From: Auanema rhodensis
Taxonomy: Eukaryota; Animalia; Nematoda
Reading direction: 5' to 3'
NCBI GenBank assembly: GCA_964057225.1
Contig: OZ059899.1
Span: forward strand, 16,306,001-16,370,000
DNA length: 64,000 bases
Under the pieces are notes generated by a model. It worked only from the letters and a program-made list of their open reading frames with translations. It made no database searches and was not told the origin of the DNA. Positions within the stretch are counted from its first letter, which is position 1; the number at the start of each line of letters is the position of its first letter. Position numbers and translations under genes: made by a program. Positions 41,501 to 54,316 of the stretch are shown here, in pieces.

Positions 41501-44500
41501 GTAAGACGGTCCAAATAAACTGTTCTTCTTTGGTGAAGACCATATACTCTGAAAATAAATTTAAAAAACTCTGCCAATGATTATCAAAGTATACTGTCGG
41601 TAAAAGTCATTGGCTTCAGGATGTTGTTGAGCCTTTAATTCTTCTACGTCCTCAAAGAACCCATCAATGGGTGCTTCAAGAGCGTTTAAATCCTCTACGA
41701 TTTCGTTAACAGTTCGCTCGATTTCGCTTGGAGAAGCCTTATCAACGCGACTCTCAACGTCTTCGATACCTAAATATAAACTATCTTTCAGTTTAATTCG
41801 AATTTCACTAACGATGTAAAATTAAGTCCAATTTTTCATTCGTAATTCCAATTCCTCTAGTTAATCTACTAATGATATCGTTTTGATTTCCCTAAAATGA
41901 AACAATCAAATATTTGAACTCAAAATAACATGAAGCAAGGTGATCCCTAACCATGTATTGATGTAGTTTGTTATACCAAAAAAAGTCAAAGGACAAGCGA
42001 CAAGTACAATGTTAGTAAGTTAGACATAAACAAACCTGAGTAACAGATTTTTCGTGAAGAACAGAGAATCTTCTTTCGATTGAGTTTAATAATTCGTTCC
42101 ACGCTCTATGCAGAGATGGCGTAGATAGGCTAGATGGTATGGCAAAATGTTCTGTGCCATGAAGGGCTTTTTCCAAATAATCATAGACTTGAGCCATACG
42201 TCCTTTTGATTCAAATTTCGGAGGTAAGTCTTCGTCGCGGAACCGTTCTAACTCGGATATGAGTTCAATAGCGGAATGAGTGAAAAGACGATCATCGACC
42301 AAACGGGTGGCACGTTCAACCCATTCCAACCATTCCCGTGCTTCTTCTATGTACTGATCTTGGACATTGAGCAACTAAACAACCAAACATGCACACCGTG
42401 TTAATTAGACATATGACATCATATTATTAGAGACAAATATTTGACGACAAAAATTAAAAAGCATTTACACTTACTCTTGAAAGTTCTGGTAAATGTGGAA
42501 GAGCCTCATACAAAGAAGAAACGTAAGTGATGATAGATTTCTCATCTGGATTATCAGTGTCTACATCCTCGGGATCAAGAAGTCGGGAAACTCCGAATTC
42601 CCTTTCAGCCGCGGCGAAAGCATTTTCCAATCGCTCGCGATTTGATACTGATGGATCGCTGATCTAAAATCGTAAAGGTATATCAACTTCTCAGCGTAGT
42701 ATATCATCATTAAGAGGTCTACAATAAGCATTACGGTCCAAGAGATCGAATCAGGCATTTGACTGCTAATCCCATCAATGGTATAAAGGAAAACTAGCCC
42801 TCTTGAATATCATCTATTCTCCTGACTATTACGAAACGTTTGAAGCTATCATGAATGCTTTAAGGTGATAAACCAAATAGCAATGGGATGAAATACTAAG
42901 CTATGAATTCCGTTATTTTTTTGTACATTTTGTGACCAATATAAAAAGACCGAAAATTAACAATATAGGAATCTAAATAGTTCCAAGCAATTTCATATTT
43001 TACATTCATGTCACAAAATCAAGCAAAAATTCATAGTTTCTTTTAACAAAACTATATTGATGAATCATAAATTGGAAAAGGCGTAGGTGACAGCACACAA
43101 TACACCTGAGGAATATGCAAAAAAAGACTCAACGACAGCATTTAGAATAGAAATGGGTCATCTGGCAACGCACATGATTGCCTAAACCATTTCTGGACGA
43201 TGATCCCATACGAACAAAAGGGAAAAGTTGTTCGAGCTAAAATTTACAAGAAAAACAAACGCACCTTATTCCAATCGATCAGATTTGGTCTATATCTGTG
43301 TAGAATAGCATTGAAAGCCAATCCATCCCTCCAAGAGGAAGAGAAGTTCTTAACGTCAACTCTAGGATATCCAGCGGTCACCTTACGTGCCCATTGAAGC
43401 AAAGCATCGCGCGCGGATGATGCATCACTTCCGTGGAGAATTTCAGAGACCTAAAATCATATGTTTACAAAAAATTCACAAATTGACATAGATGGTTTAA
43501 TATACATAAGTATGCCCTTTCTAAGCTATTTGCCGCACTCTGTTTGTTGTAAAATCGTGCCACAATACAAAAGAATATTTGTCTGTTCAGCGTTGGTGGC
43601 GCTCAAACTTTCAATCATTCTTTTCTTCATGAAATTATTCTGTCGCGCAGGAAGCAAAAAGGCTCAGCCAGCCAGCATAAGAATCTGAAGGTAGCTAGCG
43701 TTGCCGCATATTTGCGTTTTGGATCGCATTTTCGAGTAGAAAATGGCCACGATGAAAAGATTATAAAGCGCCTCTCCAATGTAAGGATTACGAAGTAGAA
43801 CATAACGAAATTATTGATCACTAATGGATCAAGCACTTATTCTTATAACACCTCGAGGACATGCAGACATTTACAGTGCTCATTGATCTTTCACAGCCAA
43901 TAATTGTAACTGGAACTAAACAAAGCGAAAATGAAAGGAAGTCATTAGTATTTCATTTTTGTCTTCCATCATATTCACTTTGCCAAGATAGATCGTGGCT
44001 GTTGCTTGCGATCGACTGTAACAGGGTGTGGTCTCGTTTTCAGACACACCACTCGCGCCAAACCCATCAAAGATTCTAAGTTTTCCATCAATTTTCTAAT
44101 AAACACAAACAATCGTAACTAAGTGGTCAGAGTGCCAAAGTTAACTAAAATTCTTATCTACCATCCTGAACAACAATCTTGGGAGTGCCTAATAAAGAGA
44201 TCAACTGATTGCAGAAAGGGCGGGTCAAGGTGTAAATATATGTATAAATATATTCGCCAAGGTTATCGTACAATTACATTAACATTTCAATAAGAAATTG
44301 AGACATCTTCCGATAGTGGTCAAATCTAAACAAAACTACTTTGGAGGGATGACAAAGTTGCAAAGACATCAAGACAACAATCAAGTTTTCGGAACTGAAT
44401 GTAAATCTCTTAGTTTATAAGATAAGAACCGAACTAATGAACAAAAAGAATGCTTACAGAAATTAAGCAATCAATCCGAAACCGCTCATCAATAAATTGA

Positions 44501-47500
44501 TGGAATAATCAGGTTGATGAATACAGATATTTCGTATTCTTCGGATAACATACGATATTAGAGCGAATCTTATACTATTAGTGCAACTACTACGATTAAT
44601 CAAGTGTGGAAAATCAAAGTGATTTGCAAAACAAAAAAAAATCCAACCTCATCGCCCCTTCGAGCACTTCGAGAGCGTTCTCGCTCCCCTCTAGTCTTCT
44701 TTACACGCTGAACTTTACGTTCAAAGTGCTCACGAGTTTCGTACGAACTGCTTTCAGAAAAGCCACCGGATTGTTGGGCATTGCTTAAATGGCGATTATC
44801 TATCGACAGAAGCTGACCGTTTTGATGGTGACCATGGCTCATAAAGCCATTAGATCCACCGCTACGATGATAATCGTCATAAACAGCATGGCCGTTCCGT
44901 GAGCTGGATGCTGCAGCGCCGGTGGATTCATGTTTGCGCTCAGCTTTCTTGGAGTAGGAGCGAATAACTTTGAACATTGTGATTGTGCTAGCGACGAGTA
45001 ATAGTAGTAATGAGAATGTGGCTAGACTTTCTGGTACATTCCACACGTGCGAGTAGCACCAGTCGTAGTTAGGATGGGTTTGACAGCAACCGCGGTTGGG
45101 GGGCGCGGTGACTCCGCCTACTTGTGGTCGTCGCTCGTCCCTGCCCCTGCTGTCGTAGTCGCTGCCGCCATCCAACAACCACCATGGAAAGCGGAGACGA
45201 CCTGTTCCGTGTCCTTCCTCTGTATCGTCGTCGTACGCATCCTCCATTAACCACACCCTCTGAATCAACGTCGAGATCACCAACCAAACACCTAAACTCA
45301 TCACAACGCAAAAAGAGTTAAGGGTTTTTCAGGTATAATCTCCTGATTCAATAGCTGGATGTGTAACGGATATTGATACGCAGTTGTGGCTCAGCGGATG
45401 GAACTGCGCATGTCAACAACTAGCATTTACGGATGTAATAGAATGAACGATTTGATCTCCTAAATAATCGACTGCTAGCCAAAGAGATCAACAAATGATA
45501 ATTTTCAGTGTTCAAAAGTTTCTTAGAAATAATCCAGGAAAAAAATTAATTTTTTTAAAAAAACTCAATATAGGCTTACGCTTTTCACCACAGAAAACAA
45601 CGACGGACCGAGCGAAGAGAGCACAGAGGCCCAAGCTGATAAGGAAAAGCGCCAAACATAAGTACTTCAAACATTATCAGCTCAATCAACTCATTTAATG
45701 AGATTTTGAAAAGCAATACCGAATATGATGTAGATTGCTCATATACCTCAATATTTGGCATCTACGTTCTGCCCAAAATGGCAGCTAGCAATTATCATAT
45801 CAAGGTAGAATCCGGTTGTAGCCACATAGCAAGGCTACGCATTTGTATGAAAATACAAATTAATAATGAAGAAACATAAGGATTTCTGACGGGAAGAACC
45901 GGCACAAATGAACCAAATCCCATCATCTCATCTTATATTATCATCAGCCATCAGCAAATAGCTTGACCAAAAGAAGTAGTCGCTAATGAAAGAATAATCC
46001 CGGGCGTAATAATTACTAGATTTTTAGAGGTAGTAAATGTATTCATACAAAGTTCACTTTAAAGTTCATATTCGTACACATTAATGCATTTAGCTGTTGA
46101 TAAAACTATAGCTCTAATTATTTCTGACAATACATTCCAGCTGCGGTTGCTTTCTTTCAATCAACAAAGAAAAAGCTGAAAACTATCACTATCTTGGAAA
46201 ACGAGAAGAAAATAGAGAACAACTAGGGTTGGTAGGTTACGCTATTTTTTCACGAAACAAACAATTGATATCAAATAAGCATTTCGATTTCTCGTATACT
46301 AGAATAGTCCGGCACAACTACCCCGTGAATGAAGATCCTTATAGTCGTTTCAGAATCAGAAGCTTTTATCAATTAAAAAACACCAAGATGAAAACTGTCC
46401 CACTTTCCGTAACAAACATGTACTTAGGTGATAATACGTCAACGACCGTCGCCACCACCCTTACGGTCGAACATTTAAAGACATTACATTGTGACTGTTG
46501 AACTATGAATAATTCTCCACCTTTCCTTATGCATGTAAGAAATAGACTATGTTTTCGAAATCTAATCAACAAATCCTATTCAAAACTAGTTAACTTAGCA
46601 GAAAAGGCTTGCCTTCAGCATTACAATAACGTTTATCAAAGTTGGTTGTAGCCATATTTTGATGCATTATCGCTTTCAATGTCTATTTTTTCAGAGCATA
46701 TTATTCGGGAAGGGAAACTTAAGGCTGCCAGCCCTTAGTCATGATCATAACTAGGCCCTTTCTAAAAACTAGTACTAAGCGCATTGCCCAACAGTTAGGC
46801 AATTTCATTTTGTATAGAAATAATGAGAAATATGTGGGAGTGGTTACTCCACAAGAAAACGAACAACTCCTATCCCGAAATGGCCAATAATAGCAGACGT
46901 CGGAGATGGACTGGCAACTGTTCCTTTGGTGATGGCAATATATTATATTGGCCCACCTACGGAAATATGTCTGCGAGTAAGATAACGATTTTTTCGTATT
47001 CTATTCATGAAACGCAGTAATAATACCAAAAAATGGACATGTTTCGATAAAGATCAACAGCTATCTATTCAGGTACTTAATTATTGCAGAAGTTAGCAAA
47101 AAAAGGTTAGATTTTGAACAAAATTATTTCAGCTTGGAGTGTAGCATGTAGAATAATTTGTTTCAGTTTAGCGGGTGCTAGGAAAACTGTGGTAATGCAA
47201 TATCGTTAAGCAATTCGATGGCATCAATATACTGACACCTACCTTATTTGTGGTTTTCGTTTTAATAACTTTGATAGCGGACTCGAATTTGGTTTGCAGT
47301 GACTACTAGAATGGCATTGAAAGTAAACGAAATAAAGGAACAGTAGTGACCGGACGCCAAAGACAAGAAAAGCAGCCAAAGGAAATAAATCATATTATGC
47401 TATATACTTTCAACAAAGCATTGTTTCTTGCTATTTAGGTAAGTTAAAGGCAAGATGTGAAACATAATTAGAGTGTCTCTGAGAATGTAAACTGCATAGG

Positions 47501-50369
47501 GATCAGAAAAAATAAGTAAGAATTGTGGCAAAAAATTAAAAGAGTGAGTATAAATAAACATAGAAAAGGAAAAAGGGTAAAAGCAAAAGCAAGTGACCTG
47601 ATTAGTAGTAGTTGTTCGCCCGCTGACTACAACACTCGTGGATTCGTGGGCCCATTGTTCAACTTGTCTTTGCTTAATTACTGAAACCTGGAAGTTCAGA
47701 ATAATTGTCCAAATCAATCCTAGTATAAGTTTTCCATTTCCTTCTACAATATCTTCTGGGCGTATATTAACTAATTTTATCTGTAAAGAAATTAATGAAT
47801 TAACATTAATACGTTAAAGTAACTCACATTCTTTCTCTTCAAAAAGTCTAAGCAATACTGAACATTCTGTATTCTATGAAACCGTGTATACCCATTTTCA
47901 CGATTCTTAAAAAAATACTATTTTGTTATCAGAATCTGTGGAACTTACTAAGCGTTCACCCGTTAAAGCTTCTAAAAGGGCGATAAGCTTATAACCGTCT
48001 TGAAGATCTCGGAATAAATCCTCTACTTTTTGTCCAGCCTTTAACAAATTACATTAAACTCTTAAATGTTGGTCCGGGAAGCCCCTCAAGAAAATGAGTT
48101 TGTTCTTGGTCATTTCAACACTAAGAAACTATGTTTGTTCTTTCACATTCAGAAACATTCTTAGGCAGACCCAGTCTTCATAAATTCTCTTCACTGATTC
48201 CAAACGGAAACGTCTTACGAAAGAATCACCAATGCGAGTGCTTTCACACAATTGCTCAAGAAAACTTCTCGTCGTGGTCGGGCGGTTCTGGCACAATGGT
48301 GTCTCAGATCGCAGTCAGGTAAAGAAGAAGAAATCAAATACAAACATAAAATAGCTGGCGTTAGCTTGTAAAAGTTTCTGGTTAGCCTACTTCATGAAGC
48401 AAGATTCAAACAAAACAACATATGAGAATACTTAAGAGGTGCCATATCTGGTCCTACTTTAGTCTATTTCAACTCCCTGATAGGTTTTATGGAGCTCATG
48501 ATCATCAAGATGGCAAGTGCATTACGATAGGAGCGCCACCTAATCTTCAACACAAACAAAAGCATGTGCACAGTGCTGCACATTGGCTTACTAATAAGAT
48601 GTCACATATTGACTGTCCTCTAAGATGAAGAGAAGCGTAACAAAGACCTTAAAATTCCCAGCCGCCTACTCGCTTTAACTGTTTTTTTTTTTTGATAAAA
48701 AAAATACAGCTGATATCAGAACACAAAACAAAGCATTAGTAAAGGAAACCAAACAAATTTCTTTAAAACAATCATAAATACAACAAAAATAGTAATAGAA
48801 AAAATAATAGATCGCCCCCCACCCCTTATATTTCTCATCATTTCAATTTTATGAAAAAAACATTTCTTATCAGGAAAAGTTTTGAGTAAGATGCCAATAA
48901 TTTGCATCATCTGACAGAAAACTGAAATAGCCTACAGGCTAAATGTGCTGACCCCGGTTTGGCTAAGATATAAAGCAAGATAACAAAAGTATATATGAGT
49001 AAAGAAAAGAAAGTGACCATGGAGCGTCAATGAAACGAGGTAACGAACCAAATAAACATAAAATACCATCAGAAAAACAATACTGAACAGGAGGAAAGGC
49101 TATTTATTTGAATCTGATGATTTTAACCCATCTTCCGAACATAAACCCTTATATCACGATATCGTTTTCCCACAATAGTAAAATAGTAGATGACCGTTAT
49201 ATAAATCAATAGCAATGAGGTAGAAAAACTCACCTTACTGAGATGTTTGTTGACCCACTTCGTAAATGTCTTTTTCTGCATGTTATCTCGTTCATCTGAA
49301 ATGAAAGAAAAATGTTGCGCTTTTGTGTAAAATTTTAAATTTCTCTTTCTATATCCACTGATCAAGCATATATTTTATGAACATATTTCTCTGCACACAT
49401 ATACATATAAACAAAGAAGTAACGTTCCCTATATCATATTTTTCAGTATCCATTGCATATAAGCGTTGATCAATGAATGATTGGCAAATATCACCCTATG
49501 CTGACCCCTACACGCCTAACTAACAAATATGACATTGTGCACCTTTCGCTGCCGCTAGAGCAACAAAGCCTAAACCGTTAATAAACAGTACTGGAAGCCT
49601 ACATTTAATGAACCATCTTCGGATTATTAACGCCTATCACAGTACTATTATCCGTAAATAATTCTTTTTAGGATATGGTGTTCTAGTGAGTGATTGCATA
49701 TCGCATAATATTCGACCCGATAAACATAAAAGATTATATCCCTATCATCGTCGGATAACATGGATAACAACAAGGATTTTGCGAAAATGCAATATATTTA
49801 CGAACTGATAGAATATTGTTCAAAAATAAACCAACTTAAAACTTAAAGAACTATTCGAATCTTAATATAGTATTACATACTTGTCTCACTTTCTTTCATG
49901 ATAATTACATAAAAAATAGCAAAACTAATCGCAGAATAAAGAACAGAATCAATCTTTTTAGCAAACCATTTTTTTTTGAATTTTAATCTAAAATGATTAT
50001 CAAATCCAGATCAACGAATTAAACACTGCCTGTCACTAAGAAGCTCCACTGGCTAAAACCAGCTAGCTTGAAAAATGTAAAAGTAGAAATGAATATTTAA
50101 AAATGCGCGCGAAATGATAAGTTGAGTAATTTTTTCGAAATGGTGAAATAAAGAATAATAATATAACAATGAAAACTCTTAAATAAACTAGAAATAGAAG
50201 AAATAACAATTCAGAAAAAGATTGAATACAAGAATAAATGGCAATAATGTACTTGAAAACACATACCTTTAAATTTTTCTCTATTATGCTCATAATGCTC
50301 GAGTACTTCGACTTCTGCAGAATCTTTATAGGTAGTAGACTGTGGAGAGTAAATGTCCGAGTAAGACAT
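14502..50369 (-). CDS. vab-10: Spectraplakin VAB-10B: CH1-CH2, plakin, spectrin repeats, EF hands, GAS2 domain (B-specific exons 29080-14502)
   Basis: First exon 50369-50267 (MSYSDIY...[14 protein letters not shown]) splices in phase 1 to [19 protein letters not shown] (49295-49234). CH2 contains [13 protein letters not shown]...WRDGLAFNA. Many spectrin-repeat exons follow. GAS2 reads [29 protein letters not shown]. The last exon is [15 protein letters not shown]. Confidence 0.93.
29756..35599 (-). CDS. vab-10: VAB-10A-specific giant terminal exon (plectin repeats)
   Basis: Intron-free ORF of >1900 aa with repeated [LM]S[LF]xEA[IV]xxG[LI][IL]D motifs. Acceptor ttatag|GTT at 35599 is phase 0, and the exon has its own stop at 29756. 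Confidence 0.95.
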   Translation of the reverse strand, partial: VPDLNINRGNTVFEVIGQENPDEWEGVSEIPDVAKITEHEDEMQMFQEETVTKTQFYEMEGILHKQTGEILTFVEAVRQGLLDLHAGGGQFFDLVSGSRISLEKAAELGYIDGSFQEALNTHWGIHHPETKQSVSLMDAIQIGLYDPDIRQLRDINSGEILSMYECVSRGIINFDTQHKLIKMGILKLPPMPLSQAIEQKILNTATGQFTGKYSNETMPIKDALYHGYIQIVTPPQNPMIATTLSDAIENEFINANNGEFSDRNSNETFTLREAVSKQNNLLNLHVPEVINTSDNSRLTLGDAVVRNAVSVRNGNFTDLQSRRTISLRDAHREHLICKPMTLTEMSSKDLIDSTNHFIDRGTKHRHTLLEAIAAGVVDAEVRHIVDPDEKDVISIAEALERGILGADGLIILEKQQKTFTIPEAVREGLLTKRVRHSIFDVKGIRNTMTDQNLSFNEAVDVEAILTSSERVVDLATRDSYPIQQESSEKIIDSALHELLNKPVGIKDDKGNYTLNLIQAVSRGIIDHQKAVFFNKNTKQELSPRDAYLAGMVNLRGALLISGLFDVHPSLITPVKKVEKKKRVSRPGQTGLELAENQVKVTLEEAMKQGLIDSRTQRFRQGDIDMSLDDALSQGLIDPHSEWIVPSKSAGVGPTIEEKTTESVTETGQQLAPKYYPDKNIEESVTTIKRVRTTETTALGGPGGVSTYRAITGGKGAIEVPASGYHIYEAERKGIIDLTTGEISAPNVDRHINFAEGIELGVIDAATISVKDNSGAMISVKEALDKNIMAKNGSVRNNSIEKAIEEKLIVIEAEPLVPYNNQAKKIIQIPTGSGPVISFRPVGQPIIEEQEQVWSFDATTGLLVDHHSGEKLTLERALNAGKLTPEDLSVRDALTGREMSFVEAEKWGIIDSKRAFFLNKSEGKRLSFTEAAQQHFLYPNGGVPDNAGDAVHTTVKTQTRTQVSKKEALSSGAPLSDNTLGKALTLGWYDSGNGMFTNPDTHKQMTLKEAIIKGLFNPYDSSVIDTRRNKEISLLEAIQEGIVDDTAGTVQDTANNKKHDLQSALKAGILKGKIMGDTLDSGLLSGRLDLSTGHYDNNGKQVPLHEALNKNIVDQHSVVVRDPANGEELSYREAITRRIVDPERGLVHNQQTNESTSFPSALTSGLIASAGSTSKPTQSHRIVEQKLQLTPFVPAQVAASKDGRHEYVDLGGGKQVMVKVVRGEGGVEKGEYVDPSTGMKFTIQMHGDPFVTETKTSVKSTSQVQSVELEPHAEFVGIDRIRDKRNNRIMSLEDAKRIGLARVDKKGKQMTKTYSVFRSNIQNAVNKGVMDSHMEKISLQDAIQAGIIDIRELTYRNPKSGEAIPLTQAANMGLVDVTLSETLNKGVCNPGNNERITISKAIELGIIDSRTGEVRDPLTRKPLTWLDIIKPVWQAITSDGVFDPSKGNRVPVTTALNDGLINTQKRCYHNPITGEDVDLNDAVERGLIDRSTYELITKPFVEDYRTHRQLNLIEAVDSKLIDPKNRTIQLSRQSIVPIAKAVQDGRIPSDIGEKLRRVDKMNFAEALGKGIIDVRANIFSDPDTGRQMTIAQAIEEGHIDTGNVESIEGADEKNLTVVLNSEEFDENSGRIRDKKTGLYLTFRDAVDRDVIDGDSLLHDLDSSQTMTLREALSRGKIDNDGKFNAGHSKLKLKEAVKVGLIALIDSPMQAAQAVTEAVKRRDAEGYKFRIENLDAGNRGSRTSVPKFREETTVTRLTPQKQEPALSVRMRHSQTSIGDRARSIIEDPSALADLHHDFLSRLEANRFDTDEKIIESPSDHRRVSVREAAETGLLDVLTGEFVHPETGRRYSIPKAVHMKMVTGDSAKRLMEGLNMSIEELNNATAGQSAPSPGGSHPEGSSTTRTWTKTINWAGNPSELRKSQTDPLAEYTTYHSSTSDKTQDAPSWAR
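35835..36125 (-). CDS. vab-10: vab-10 phase-0/phase-0 exon encoding an ER/K charged single alpha-helix
   Basis: 291 bp between tacag| and |gttagt, encoding EEEERRR...[33 protein letters not shown]. Confidence 0.85.
44648..45301 (-). CDS. vab-10: vab-10 alternative first exon with predicted signal peptide and transmembrane helix, skipping CH1
   Basis: 218 codons from ATG 45301. Donor GAG|gttgga is phase 0 and matches acceptor ttttag|GTC at 43450 (CH2 exon). Confidence 0.7.
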
Positions 50370-51804
50370 TTCAAATTAACACTAGGAGTTCATAGAAATT
50401 CACCAGAATAGTAATTCAGTGACGGAATAGATGTTTCTGGCTTGAAAATTCCGGGATGAGTAGAAGGAGAGTGAGGAAAAAGGATGCCAGAAAAATCGTG
50501 TGTCCAAGAGAACTGCGCTCTGTCTACAGATGAGGCGGGGCCAGACAGTTGGCTAGATAGTATGGTGAGGTAGAGACAACAAAGATAACAGAGTGTTAGA
50601 GAGTCAGAGGATCTACCGGAACGTAGGACACGTACACCGGTCACTCAGACGGGGTATTCGAAGTCTGACCTCCCGACTCTTCCCACTCTCCGCCAGTGTC
50701 GTCGTCTTGGCCGTCAGAATTATGTATTGCAAATCGAAAGTTCGTCGTGTTTCTATTCTATCATTCCATCTGTCTCGCTGCTGCCCTCTCTCATCCTCGA
50801 TCTATCTATCTAATTCTCTTATTCTGTGTCTTCTGAAGCAGCCGACTGACTACCTCACTAACTCATCTCTCTTAACTACTTTCATTCATCACCACTCCCT
50901 GGTAATCCGCTTATAGCCTGGGCTACTATACAGAGAAATTGTACTATGTACGTACCGTGGTGCCCTTGTATGGTATTACTGGTTGTAAATGATGGGAAAC
51001 TTAGTCAGTTGACTGTTATTTAGAAAGTTGGAACCGGCTGAGAGGAAATGAGAGATGAGAGTCATCACGTAAATTTGAGTGGAACAATTCAGCCTGTACG
51101 AGCATGTGTATAGTTCTGATTATTCCGTGCTTAATCCAAGCGTTGGAGGCCAGAACGACAAGCGCAAGCAACGGCTTACTTGCTTGCTCGAGCTTCTGCT
51201 AGAGTTTCCAATCATAAAACAGTGTTGCGAATGTTAATCTAGTTAGTTAGGTTCAATAAGAAAAAAATGGCAAAAAAGTGGGGAAAAATCGGATGGTTCT
51301 GATTCATTCATCAAGATCTTAACGAGGTCTTGGAATAGAAGGACATCACCAAGTCATCGTCATCACAGGCACCAGATATGTTGTTCTTTGCCTCCGATTA
51401 GCACGTAATCGATCACATAAATCATCATTGTCCTTAATGTTCTCTTTTCAAGAACCATTTGGACTGAGTATGCCTCAGGAAGTTTATTTTCTACGAAAAA
51501 AAATTGAAAATGAGTCAGTTATAAAGTTATTCAAACAAAATTATTCATACATGATCGCTCATAAATGTTCGTTTTTTTAGCCTGTTCATACTTATAAAAA
51601 CAAAATTGAAAACAATTTTTAGATATTCACTCTTTATTACTCTCTTTCTAAATTTTAGTTATCTGCTATATTTATAGGACGAAAAAGGAAAACTCTTACA
51701 TCTCACATTTCTTTGCTTCTCTATGGTTAATTACTCTCGTTATTAATCTTATTATTTCTTACATTCTTTCATATCATTTTTTCTTTTATCATATCTATTC
51801 TTAC

Positions 51805-52679
51805 CTTTGATGTGTTGTAGTACTTGTTTATAGTTATGCGATGGGATAGAAGACTTTTTTGTTGGAGTCATTTGAGCGTGGTGACTCGTCCACAAGTTAG
51901 GAGATTCAGAAGGAGGATATGTTGCAGTTGGTGAACCACTGAACAAATATTTTATCTATACTACGAAGATGCTTCCAAAAAAGGGAAAGGCGATTGGTGG
52001 ACGCCAAAATAATCAATTACGTGTACATAACAACATTAAAAGGGTAACATGAAATGATCGGAAATACATAAATTAGGTAATAAGACTGAATAAACATGAA
52101 AAAATTTAGTTTGAACGAACATACAGAGGATAAAAATTCAATATAATTTAAAATTGTTTCTAACCGAATATGAGTAAACTCATGTTCCGACCGTATCCAT
52201 TGTTGTGAGTTTGTGGACAAGCGTCTAGTCTCGTCAACTGGGCTCGAATCGCCAGATGAATGCATCAGCCGATTTAAATGGCTATGTCCTCGAGGAAATG
52301 ACGATACAGGCATGACGGGAAGATCATGATCAGGAGATGTTTCGAGAATAAATGACGACGAAGGGCTTGTCATCATTTGTCTCTCAGCAAAACCTTCATC
52401 TTTGTTATCTTCGTCTGAACGGCAATGGGGAAGCATTGGTAAAAAATTGGAATATGAGCTCAAATTTAAATTTTGTAGTCTATCAAATAGGGGATGATGA
52501 GAAAATAGCTGGTCAGCATGAATTGAATGAGTAGAAGGCAATACTTCTGAAGAAGTTTCAACAGGAATCGCAGCGTTATGACGTGTAGAATGAATCACAG
52601 TGAAGCTACTTCTCCCAGATGACCGAAAAATATTTGGTTCACCTATTGGTGATGAGAAGCTGTCTTCTCGTGAATGCAT
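51805..52679 (-). CDS. vab-10: vab-10 alternative 5' exons (52679-52165, 51938-51805), Ser/His/Pro-rich N-terminus
   Basis: Phases 2 then 1 join as ...[15 protein letters not shown] at 49295. Confidence 0.7.
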
Positions 52680-54316
52680 TATTGCCAAGTAAAACAGACT
52701 GACTGTGCATTGCTTATCAGTTGCAGCGCATAGCCATTGCTCGTGTGTTTTAATGAAAACTGTATTCGATAATCATACTGCTATGATAACTATGCATGAA
52801 TAATAGCCATGGCAAAACGTATTAGAATTTCTAGCGAAAGAAAATAACAATGAGTGCTAATTTCGTCATTTACTAAGAAGATCAGCCTGTTTTCTTATCA
52901 TGCATTACATACAATCATGAAACAGAATATAATACTTAATTGGAAAATAAAGCATAGCATATGAGAGCAACTGTAACTAACTAAATCAACTATTTCTATC
53001 TATCATTCCATATTTATTCTTAATCTTCCTATACCTACCGGAATTTTATTTTTTACAAACCGTATTTAGATATAGGATGTTGTGCATTTAGTCAGTTAAT
53101 ACGAAAGTCGATACGCACAGTTTGCGTTGATACGTTAGCACAAATGACAGAAAGGCTTATGCGACCGGTAAATAGCATCGAAAACGATAAAGTCAAAGCA
53201 TTACTAGAGAAAAAGTTTTCATGTTATAATGAAAGTAAAAAAAAAACAAAATAACTAAGACAAAATAGAAGAATGAACTATTAATATGAAATAATTATTT
53301 TCATATAAATTAAGGTCATAAGCTCAGATTGGAGCTTCAAAAGACATTTTCGAAAATTCTTTTTCTACGGCGAGGAAGGTAAATACCATATGACAATAAT
53401 GTGAAAATATAAAAATAAGGAAACCGTTTCTTATTGAAAGAAAATCAAAAATAGTTTCTTCTTATTATTAGCAGATTTTAACAAAATGTTTTTATCATTT
53501 TTTTCTTTTCTTTTGTGTTAAAAAAATAAAGAAATGCTCAATGAATGATCAGGTAAAATGAATTATAACAAAATAGAATTATTTTTAATATTATTTTGTA
53601 TATTACATATATATATATACATATACATATACATATATATGTATAATAATTGTACAAAATAAATTAAGAAATAAAATGTAAAAGTTTCAACTAAGCTGTT
53701 AGAAGGAATGTTCAAAACGTATTTTTCTTCTCGAAAAAAAAAAGTATAGATGATGTGGTAATGTATTTGTAGCCGAGGACTGTCTTTTCTAATCGTCCAC
53801 TGTCTATTTGTCTTCTTGTATCGGCTTCACACTTGATGTTTTAGAGAAGAAAATCACTTGACAGCCATTAAAAATCAATTAACCTTATTATTATATTTAA
53901 ATTTTATATTAACTATATAGGATATTGAATATTCTGAATAAATAGTTTTAAATAAAACACAATAAGCTTCAAAGTTATTTTAAAATATGGAAATGGTTAT
54001 TTGGGACTAAAACATTATAAAAATCATGTTTCAGTTTCTTTGTGCACATCGACTGTTGAATATTCCAGAAAGACATCAAATACATGCACAAACACGAATT
54101 TCCGTATATTTGTAAACTGATAACGATATTCTCCTCGAAATGTCTCATATTTGAATAAAGCTTTACACCCCACCCAACGTCATTGTGACTAAAACATTTG
54201 GGAAGCTTCACACAAGCACACCTTCTGGCTTTAACATGTGCACACATACAAATCATTAAATCATCTCTCATTCAAATATATTCAACTTATTTTTGTAAAA
54301 AAAATTGAAAACATAC

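Noticed and set aside
44648-44665. RGD motifs in the vab-10 alternative exons (RRGDE; PRGDR near 55610)
   Set aside because: Both would be cytoplasmic, so they are probably chance occurrences.
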